Source: Octopus vulgaris (lineage: Eukaryota). From it: a stretch of 64,000 nt of DNA. Location: contig OX597815.1 of the NCBI GenBank assembly GCA_951406725.2, forward strand, positions 95,356,001-95,420,000, written 5' to 3'. The position numbers and the translations under genes were made by a program. The notes below the pieces were generated by a model. That model did not search any database. It saw only the letters and a program-made list of their open reading frames with translations, and had not been told where the DNA came from. Below, one piece after another: positions 13,780 to 23,510 of this stretch; within the stretch, counting starts at the first letter, position 1, and each line of letters opens with the position of its first letter.

Positions 13780-14775
13780 ACCTACACACGTCAAAGTCAC
13801 TAGTTTCTATTCACACACACCGTTCTCACATACACACACACGCACGCGCTCATTCATGTGAGCTCTCCATCACTTTATTATCTGCCTCTCTTCTAACCTC
13901 TTCCTTAAAACATTTTCTACTCAGTTTCCATGCTTGACCGCAAGATCTACAAGTTTATTTCATTCTCTCTATGTTAATTTTTTCTAATATCTTTCTGATG
14001 ATGAGTGTAGGCTCGAAACGTAAAAGACTTTAATTTTCCCGAGCATCAAATTAAAATACTGGCTTGTTGTTCATACATCTATCTTCGTCTTGACTCTATT
14101 TCTGTCTATCAGCCCTTTCACGCTTTATTCGTTCATTCCACTTTTCGTTCTTTCGTCCCCCTTTTCTCACATTTGTTTGCCTTCTCCTCTTGCTCACTTT
14201 CCCTCCATTTTTCATTCAGTGTCCCTGTCATTTTTCTCGCCCTTCCTTAATTCCTCTCTCTCTTCTCTTCCCACGTGACCGGCATTCGGCCAAGCCTGAT
14301 CTTTAATTCTTGGTCTGGCCTGATCTTTCATTCTTGGTCTTGATTTGGTCGTTGTCCGTGCAAAATCGATATTCCTCCCTGTGTTTGTGAAAACTTGTAT
14401 CCCTGCCGCAAGGCTTCATTTCCAAACACGCCAGCTTAACTTAATTCGTCCTTAGTCGAAAAATACCTGTTATGTCCTCTTATTATTTATATTGTATTTG
14501 TGCAACATTGTCCTTTTTTCCCTTGTATTTGTATTTGTATGCATTCGATGTTTTCTTCCAAAGAATATAAAGTTCTTAGCTTAATAATTTCTTGGGACTG
14601 GCCATATTGGAGCAATCTCGAGTATAATCAGCCGAAATAGCGAAGATAATTTGGTACTCGACTGAGGAAAGAAAACGTCTTTGTTTCGTCTATCTGGATG
14701 TTTTGATGCCACATTTTGGTATAACCTAGCTGTCCGGATGTTTTGCGTTCTGGTTCTATTTTGTATTTAATATAT
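13780..14775 (+). mobile_element. Non-coding PLE-associated repeat (UTR/pseudo-LTR-like) between microsatellites
   Basis: Shares segments with 4500-4800 (PLE UTR), 6080-6190 and 34048-34242, and contains a hammerhead motif. Confidence 0.5.
13990..14027 (+). ncRNA. Minimal type-I hammerhead ribozyme
   Basis: tcttt-CTGATGA-t-GAG(tgtagg)CTC-GAA-ACGT-A-aaaga. Stem I is tcttt/aaaga, the core is intact, stem III is the palindrome ACGT and the cleavage triplet is GUA. Confidence 0.75.
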
Positions 14776-14828
14776 TTGTGTGCACTTATGCATGCGTGTG
14801 TGTGTGTGTGAGTGTGTGTGTGCACGTG

Positions 14829-14895
<67 letters not shown>

Positions 14896-14902
14896 ATATA
14901 GG

Positions 14903-14941
<39 letters not shown>

Positions 14942-15768
14942 TGAGTGAGATAGATAGTCAGTTTCGATATTGCTTGTTTGCTTGCAACGTTACCCAGGCA
15001 AACTGACGCATAACGGGAAAATACTATGAATTAAGTTAATCCTGAAATAGTAATACGAACGAAATGAAATACGTAAATTGGAGCAGAAGTTGTTGAGATA
15101 TTCCGGGTTTGGGCTATAAATACCCAAAACGGTGCATAATGTGAAAATGTTTCAAATTCAACTTCATCTTGGGAGGGAAGAATCTCTTCCGTTTTGATTA
15201 AACTGATTTGATGACGAAAAAACACGATTTGTTTTTTTAACAGTAAATATATATACATACAACCTTCGACAGAGTAAGTCATATATACAACTTGATCAGA
15301 CACACATATCAGTACATAAGCATACACATATACATACACATATACATTCACGCAGAGACGTCTATACACTTATATACATAAATTCGCACATACATACATA
15401 CACACACACATACATACATACATACATGCATACATACTTACAAAGATATACACATATGCATACATGCATACATAATATATGCATACATTCGTAATACATA
15501 CATACATGTATATATGCGTATATACATGCATACGCATGTACACATCTGCATACGTACATGCATACTTGTACACATGCACACACACATACCTAACTACCTA
15601 TCTACCTTCCGACCTACCTACCTACCAACCTCTGTGTGTGTGTGTGTGTAAAAGCAGAATAATAAGAAAATAGGGATTGTGAAGTTAAAAAGAGCTTATT
15701 TTCAAAAACAAATCGATCATTAATCCCTTACAGTTCTTTCAATTGTACACAGTGAAATTAATTAAATA

Positions 15769-17090
15769 TTAAGTTCTTATTTCTGAGCACAATCTCTTCA
15801 GAGGCAAAAACATACAGTTACATGTTTTGCATGATTGTTTGTTCACTATTTTGCATAGTTCTCCATGGGCGGTGGCCTCTAAGAATATCATTCCCTGATA
15901 TTTGTCAGTCTTGTACCACATGTTCACCCTGTTTGCTTTGTCACAAACTCTTTGTACCATATGCCAGTCTTTACTTATGAATGTAGGGAAGGTAACACTG
16001 GTTCCCTTACTTGTAATACTATCTGACGTCTTTCTAGCTCTCCTGTATACCCAAAGCCTATCTTTCTGATGATATACGGAGAACTGCATGCGACGCATGA
16101 AGTTTTGTACATGCTTCTTTGTTTCTTTGGATTGGAATAGTGGGAACACGTTGTTCATTACCCTTACTAGGTCTGCTATCAGTATGTTGATTTTCATGTT
16201 GTGTGACAAACCTGAGTTCTTGTGAACCACATATTTAGAAGCTATAGGCTTCATGTCATAGGACTGGAAGAGCTTCACTGTGTTGTTCAGTCTCTAACCA
16301 AATTTCAGAATCAAGGGCAAGGAGTCTATTGTTAGGGTGCCTGGTGGGATAATCAATAGTCATCTTGATACTTTGGTTGATGGAGTTGGCTATATCCTGG
16401 ATGCTCGTCATTACGCTCTTCTCGGCTTCTATATTTCAGTTGGTCCTAACTAGAATATTAATGGCATCTACATACCTACAGTAAAGTAAAACTGTAGTGA
16501 ATTGTTCTACTAAGAATTGTTTTAGTTTTCTATCTACCCAAGTCATGGAGAGGCAGGCTACATCTCCAGCCATACCGGCACCAATGGCTGCACCTTCAAA
16601 CTGCATGTATAGTTTCTTGTTAAACTTTACAATGTGGTTTTTCAAGCTGGTTTTTATGCGAGCCCCTATTCTTTTCCCCTGAGTGTTGTTCACAGGGTAT
16701 TGGGAGGGTGTGGTCCAGCAACCCCAGCGCTCTGCGATGCTTTTCTTCGCCACTGAGGCGATGGTATGTGGTCTTCTCCTCTGACCTTCTGGGGCAAAAT
16801 CTACGAAGTTTATTGTTGTCTAGATTGTTACTGTCAGAGCTCAGTTTAAGTAGGAGGCCCTGCTTTCTCGTGTTGACTTTACGGACCTCTGCCTTATTCT
16901 CACAGATACACTCAATGCATCTTTCTACAGCAAATCTATAGATGGATAGAGTGAAATTTCATCCCTGCTACACAACCTGTAAGGTCGTTGGAGTGATCGC
17001 AACTACTGATTCTACTGAGGAGATCCTCCGTTCTCACACAAATATTCGGGGACATTTGAAGGAGTGGTCGTAATACTGGTGAGAGGAAGT
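15769..17090 (-). mobile_element. Penelope-like element reverse transcriptase fragment
   Basis: LYPSID (~16940), LYMQFEGAAIG and LYCRYVDAINIL (ORF 16436..16753, decayed YVDD), and the thumb region KPIASKYVVHKNSG...LVRVMNN (15769..16278). Confidence 0.75.
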
Positions 17091-17973
17091 AGGATAGTCT
17101 ATAACTGCAGGCGATATCTGCAAACTGGTCGGGTTGGGAACAAAATAATAGTGTTTGTGTAGGGTTTATATTTTTTCACGTAACCCGTATAGCGTAGGAA
17201 CATTTTTGCTGAATGCATGGAAATTTGGTGCAGTCTGTATCTTGCGTTGGAGTACGGATACGCATGTGGACAAGTACATATAAAGATAGATAGGTACATA
17301 GATAATATGCACGGGCGAGTACTAACACACTCATACACATACATACATACAAACATATATACATACATACAAATGAAGACCCCGTCCACAGACCAGACAC
17401 ACACAAGCATGTACACACAAGAAAACTGAGGTACACACACAAATACACAAACACATACAGATACACACACACAAATGGACAAACACACAAAGGGTTTTTA
17501 TTCTTTATTTTTTATTATTTTGTTATTTTTACTAATCTTCTCTCTCCTTTCTCTTTCAGTTTTTATCTCTCTCCCCTCTTTTTTTCTCTTTATTGCATTC
17601 CTCTGTTCCTGTTTTCAATTTAACCATACTAATACACTCCTTATTTCGAGGTCATTTTAAATACAAACCTTGACTCTGCAACACTGTATATAAATTCCCT
17701 ACTGGGAATGACCAAGTTTAAAAATCTGCTGGATCTCGCTCATAAGGGAATCTTACATTGCTTATAAACTCTATATTTGGAAGGACTCATATAAAACTCT
17801 GTTGGACTTTTGGATTTTACTCAAAGGATATTGGAATATTGCCTATATAACGTTATGTCTATAAAACTGATTTACAATTTCAATACCCATACATATCTTA
17901 GATCTATTTTCTTTCCTCCATCTCACTCTATATTTTGTATCACATCTAAACACTACTCTGACTTACTCACATC

Positions 17974-18025
17974 GTCTCTGATGAAGTGATATTATTAATT
18001 AATATCATAGAAACTGCTGTAAGAC
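17974..18025 (+). ncRNA. Type-I hammerhead ribozyme
   Basis: gtct-CTGATGA-a-gtgatatta(ttaat)taatatcat-a-GAA-AC(tgct)GT-A-agac. Stems I, II and III can all form; cleavage triplet GUA. Confidence 0.8.
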
Positions 18026-18091
18026 CTTCTATCTATAAATGCTCTAATATCTATACAGCCTTGGTTTATTACCTTATTACACAGAAAAATT

Positions 18092-18141
<50 letters not shown>

Positions 18142-18385
18142 CATATTTTAAAATAGTGTACATTTAAACACAAAAAAAAAATTACTCTTTGACTGGTAAT
18201 TTTTACATGCTAGAAATAGCAGCCAACACGACAAAAACCACGATTTAACAGCAATTTTCGAAGTATACTTCGAAAATTGCTGTTAAATCGTGGTTTTGGC
18301 CGTGTTGGCTGCTATTTCTAGCACGTAAAAAAATTACCTGTCAAATTTTTCTTTTGTGTTTAAATGTACAATATTTTAAAATATG
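18142..18385. repeat. Long spacer-less palindrome (fold-back), ~120-bp arms
   Basis: Centre gaagta|tacttc at 18265/18266; the arms match with scattered mismatches out to catattttaaaata / tattttaaaatatg. Confidence 0.92.
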
Positions 18386-18464
18386 AATATGTTGTCTATT
18401 GACTATTTATACATGTTAGACCACTGCTAGTGATATTTATAACGAATATTCGCTACCCTATATA

Positions 18465-18519
<55 letters not shown>

Positions 18520-18564
18520 ACTGGTAGTGATATTTATAACGAATATTTGCTACTATATATAGTG

Positions 18565-18771
18565 TATGTGACATGGAGCATTCTGGACAGGGCGGCACCA
18601 TACAGACATGGAGCTTACAAATATAATTTCAAGTGCAAGCTTTGCTTATTAGAGAAAATGCACATATTATTCAAAGACAATAATTCTTTGAATCAAAGAA
18701 GTGAGTTAATGAACTTATGTAGGCAAGCGGCTAAATTTAAAATGTCGAATATAAATATACCATATGGATAG
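18565..18771 (+). mobile_element. Penelope-like element GIY-YIG C-terminal fragment (CxLCxxEK type)
   Basis: VTWSILDRAAPY...CKLCLLEKMHIL...LNQRSELMNLCR..KF (ORF 18547..18771), a typical PLE endonuclease tail. Confidence 0.75.
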
Positions 18772-19784
18772 AGTATATATTTTGTATTTTGATTTTTTGA
18801 TTTTGATTTTGACTCTTGAGCGCTACAACGGACCTATAGCAAAGTCTTATTGTTTCTACATATATATTAGGAAAAACCTACAAACTTTGTTTTCATGTTA
18901 TTGTATTGCATAAGATTACCTTGATTATTTATATTACCTTGATTATTTATAAATGACCCAAAATAGGATGTTATATTTTATTTTATATGTCTTTCGTATA
19001 TATTTTTTATTAATGCACCCATTTTTTAAAAGCAATGTGTTTTTAAAAAAAGCAATGTTGTCAAATTTAGAATGTTTATATAAGTTTGTGTATAGCAAAG
19101 CATATGTATTTGTAAGCATGCGTATCTGTGTATGTGTAAGTGAAAGTATGCTTGTGCTTAAGCACGCATACACACGACGGTATGTATATGTATCAATTCA
19201 AACTTGTGTATGTATACTGGCCTCTATAGATGCCAATAATATCGCTACAAGTTTTTTCCCCACCCCTCCTTCGTTTCTTTTTTCTCTCTTTCCCTTTCTT
19301 TCGTTCCCCCTCCTTGCTCAGTATATGAGAATTGCTACATAGATGAATTTTAGCTTGCGTGCGAGACGGTTTGCGTGAATATATGTACACATGCTTTTAT
19401 GTGTATAATTTAGATTCATATTCATACGTCTGTATATGTATGTATGGCGTTTACGCGCATCCTTTTGTGTATGTTGATATATATATGTGGATTTTAATAT
19501 AAATATGTATTGCAGTATTTATAACAGGTTTAATTTCTATGCATTAATTTGTACTGTCTTCATTAACGGCAATAGGTTTTTTCCTCGGTTTTTTCCTCGG
19601 ATTTTATAATTTTTATAAGTTTTTTTTTATATATATATACATATATTTTTGACCTTTTTGTTTATCGCTCGAAGATTGACCGTTTTTTCTAAAGGGCCAA
19701 TCAAACAAGTCCATTTCTTTTTAAAGGTGTAGCGTTTGTAAGAGTATAGATTGAATTAATATATATGTTCCATTCTAGCAAAAA

Positions 19785-19822
19785 CTGTCTGATGAACGGC
19801 AAGGAGAAACTCAGAGTAACAG
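19785..19822 (+). ncRNA. Minimal type-I hammerhead ribozyme
   Basis: ctgt-CTGATGA-acggcaagga-GAA-ACT(cag)AGT-A-acag. Stem I is ctgt/acag, stem III is ACT/AGT, triplet GUA; stem II is very short with a GCAA loop. Confidence 0.75.
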
Positions 19823-19854
19823 ATTTTGTTGAATTTTCTGCTGCTTAAAATAAA

Positions 19855-19913
<59 letters not shown>

Positions 19914-20038
19914 TATATATATATACATATAGATACATATTTAAAAATAGGATAAAAACTTTATAAGAAATTATCAAGTAGTCAGCGCGAAACACTTCAT
20001 TACGGAAAATTATTAATTATTTCCTATAAATATATAGA

Positions 20039-20169
20039 TATATTTATTTATATTGAGGACATTACTATACATAATTACCTCACGCTACGAGGGACTCTTA
20101 AAGTCAAAAAGGGTCCCTCGTAGCGTGAGGCATTTATGTATAGTAATACCCATAATATAAATAAATATA
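20039..20169. repeat. Inverted repeat, ~60-bp arms, in a relative of the 48-kb tandem unit
   Basis: cctcacgctacgagggactctt-(aaagtcaaa)-aagggtccctcgtagcgtgagg, extending to tatttatttatatt / aatataaataaata. Confidence 0.9.
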
Positions 20170-20563
20170 TAGATAAAATGATAGATAGATAGATATTTAC
20201 ATTATTACTTGGCCAGGCATCCTAAGCACCTACGCATATACATAATCGTCAGCAAGTTCTTTGTATATTATGGTAGTTAGTTTTCAAATCAATTTGGTAT
20301 AACTACATATTAACGTAAGTATTGCTTTTAAAAACTACATTCTACTTAATTGTTATAAAAGAAACACTTGGTATTTCAATTTGCATTTAGTTTGACAATT
20401 ACAGTCGTAGGAAACTCAACGAACTTCAATAATTTCCCAAATGATCATGTATATATCTATGTGTGTGTGCATGTGTGTGTGTGTGTCTGTGTGAATGTTC
20501 GTGTCTGTTTATTTATGTACGTATACACATACATGATTGCATAGACATATACATGCATGCATG

Positions 20564-20610
<47 letters not shown>

Positions 20611-21511
20611 TGTTAATTTTATTTGTGTATATCATGAAAAACAATTACAAACTTTTATTTACTTTCCTTACACGGCTATAGCCAAAGGCAATTTGTTTGA
20701 AAAAGCAAAGAAGAAAAAGATTTGAAACGAACATGAATATTGAATTACTGGAAAGAATTTTATGTGATTTTTTAAAATTCACGAAAGATAAACGTGTTTT
20801 CAGCAGAAACGTTTATATTTTCCTGAATTTTTTCCTTATTTCTTTTCTGCCTTTTTTTAAAGAAGTTGCACATCATCCACATATACGTAGGTATTCGCAC
20901 GCTCACGAAAATTCGTACACGCAAAATCACATGAAAAATCCTACAGGTCTACGTATCGAGATGTATGTGTGTACATGCACGTATACACATACGTGGTATA
21001 TATATATATATATATATATGTATATTTCATACAGGGAATTATCACTATATGGAAACCCTTACACAAGAAGATACGCTATAGTCTTACCACTAAGAATTGT
21101 TCTCTAGAAAATTTAACAAACACCAGAAACGTAAGCGAGCAAGACAAATGAAAAGTAACAAAATTGTAGATTAATCACAAACGAATGTTTTACTATCAAC
21201 AAATTACGTAATTTTACTTACGCAATTTATCTGTAGATCTTCAGTATGATCGACCATACCGATATAATTTGCAGAACTACACACCAGACATCAAAACAAG
21301 GTCGAATATGTATGCAGTTCTACCTAATACACTTGTGGTTATTCGGTTTCACGAACTCTCAACGACTCCTCAAGTTTCTCTGTCGCCTCAGACAATACGC
21401 TACCTTTTATAAGAGTTTGGCCAGTCTATTCTTCAAATCCCACATGGGTGTCAATGACTCTCGCCACACCGGCTCTCCTTTTTGAGTTAACATTCCTCTT
21501 CTTCTTCTTCC

Positions 21512-21541
<30 letters not shown>

Positions 21542-21543
<2 letters not shown>

Positions 21544-22151
21544 TATGTTTGACTTTTGCTTTATATTTGTACAAGTTGGCTCCAAGTCTCACCCAGAGAC
21601 CTCAAGAGACAACAGGGTTGGAAGTTCATGTTGTTGTTATGCCTAGTGTGCCATATATTTGGGGGTTGAGGATGTTGTACTAATGAATGTCTAAAAAAAA
21701 GTTGTTTTTTTTTTTTTAAACCGAAAATTATTTTTGTTTTAAACCTTGCTTTTACATAGAGAGTATTTTGCGTAGGATATGAGCAGTTCCCATGAGCACT
21801 ATCTTTTGAACTTCTGCCATTTTTGGGTTTCCTGGTATCTGAGCTAGGTAGCTATCAGCCCCTTTTGCTATCATTCCCAGGGCACCTATGACAACAGGTA
21901 TTGTTTTAGTCTTCAGCTTCCACATTTTGCTGATTTCTATTTCAAGATCTTTATATTTACTCAGTTTTTGGTAGGTCTTGACAGATACGTTTATATCGAT
22001 TAGGACAGTCATATCAATGAGGAGGCATGTTCTTTGTTTGAAGTCTTTCAATGAAAGAACATGCCTCCTCATTGATATGACTGTCCCAATCGATATAAAC
22101 GTATCTGTCAAGACCTGCCACAAACTGAGCAAATATAAAGATCTTGAAATA
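21542..22151 (-). mobile_element. 5'-truncated copy of Dong-like family A with an inverted 5' segment
   Basis: 21542-22052 is the reverse complement of ~10890-11398 (REL C-terminus plus 3' UTR); 22054-22151 repeats ~10907-11004 in + orientation; TAA arrays on both sides. Confidence 0.92.
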
Positions 22152-22216
<65 letters not shown>

Positions 22217-22230
22217 ATTATTATTATCAA

Positions 22231-22297
<67 letters not shown>

Positions 22298-22311
22298 ATT
22301 ATTATTATCAA

Positions 22312-22380
<69 letters not shown>

Positions 22381-22381
22381 C
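22152..22381. repeat. (TTA)n array with a duplicated interruption
   Basis: Direct reading; the interruption ataattattattatcaata occurs twice. Confidence 0.95.
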
Positions 22382-22383
22382 AT

Positions 22384-22941
22384 CGAGTGAGAGAGCAGTG
22401 CATGCTATCAAAGTGACACTGGGATAAAATATACGAAGCCCAGTAATACCCATCATGACTACCTACCTGATAAGGGTACACCAGGCTCATGCATCACAAC
22501 CATATGTGCGCGACATGGTGATCTCATATCAAGATAAACTGCGCATGACCTTGCTGGTGGGGTCCAGTCAGAATTTTCTTCTGGTTCAGTAGCCCATCCT
22601 GCTCAAAAGGTCCCTGAATAAGTATTGTTTAAGGATGTTGAACGAATCACCCATGTTTCCAAAGGTGAATTAGCCAAACAACTAATAATTCCTTTCAACA
22701 CACGGCTATGAAGGTCCCTCACTACTTCTGCTCGTGATCAGAGATGCCCATATTGTCAGCCACTAAGGAACATGCTCAACTTCTTAAGGTCAAACAAGTG
22801 ACAAGCAAAACTGTGGTATTGAGCAGAATATTTGCTGTAGCCCATCTCTTATACCAAGACAAAAATAATGTACATGATAACACTTCCAATCGGTAAGATC
22901 AGCAGCCATTAGAGCCACTGCCTGGCACTGCATCAGGACAT
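22384..22941 (-). mobile_element. ~560-bp non-coding interspersed element adjoining (TAA)n (SINE-like, probably Dong-dependent)
   Basis: A second diverged copy lies at 23087-23510; both abut TAA repeats at the gagagagcagtgcatgc end. Strand inferred from the (TAA)n tail. Confidence 0.65.
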
Positions 22942-22952
22942 AAATATGTGAC

Positions 22953-23070
22953 GCTTACAGCACCTAGGTTTCCCAAGCGGTCACCCATCTAAGTACTAAC
23001 TAGGCTCGACGTTGCGTAACTTCGGTGATCGGACGAGAACCGGTGCTTTCAAAATGATATGGACGTAAGC
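22953..23070 (-). pseudogene. 5S rRNA: 5S rRNA, full-length retro-/pseudo-copy
   Basis: Minus strand gcttacgtccatatc...tctcgtccgatcaccgaagttacgcaacgtcgagcctagttagtacttagatgggtgaccgcttgggaaacctaggtgctgtaagc (118 nt). It has substitutions in box A and box C and no oligo-T terminator. Confidence 0.93.
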
Positions 23071-23086
23071 TTATTATTATTATTAT

Positions 23087-23510
23087 TGACTGAGAGAGCA
23101 GTGCATGCCATCAAAGTAAAATATACGAAAACAGTATACCCACCATGACCTCTCGTCTGATAAATGTGTACCAGGCACATGCATCACAACCATATGTGTG
23201 AGATATGGTGTTATCATATCAAGATAAACAGCTCCCGGCCTTCCAGGTAGGGCAGAGTTAGAATTTTCCTCACGTCGAGTAGCCCATCCAGTTCAAAAGG
23301 TATCAGAATAAGGGTTGTTTCAGGTTGCTGAACGAAACACCAATGTTTCCAAAGGTGAATTAACCAAACTCCAAAGAATTCCTTTCAACTATTGGCTATG
23401 ATGCACCCCCAATACTTCTGCTGGTGATCAGAGCTGCACACATCCTCGGCCACTAAGGAACATGCTCAACTGGTTAAGCTCAAACAACTGACAAGCACAT
23501 ATATGCTTAT
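23087..23510 (-). mobile_element. Second copy of the TAA-associated non-coding element, interrupted by the RTE LINE
   Basis: Colinear with 22384-22820; its continuation (tgagcagaacattt) resumes at ~27359, after the RTE. Confidence 0.75.

Noticed and set aside
21752-22456. 234-aa ORF with poly-N and a REL domain
   Set aside because: Chance read-through of a TAA array and the fold-back into a truncated LINE.
22953-23070. Functional 5S rRNA gene
   Set aside because: Single copy, mutated internal promoter boxes, no terminator, embedded among retroelements; called a pseudogene instead.
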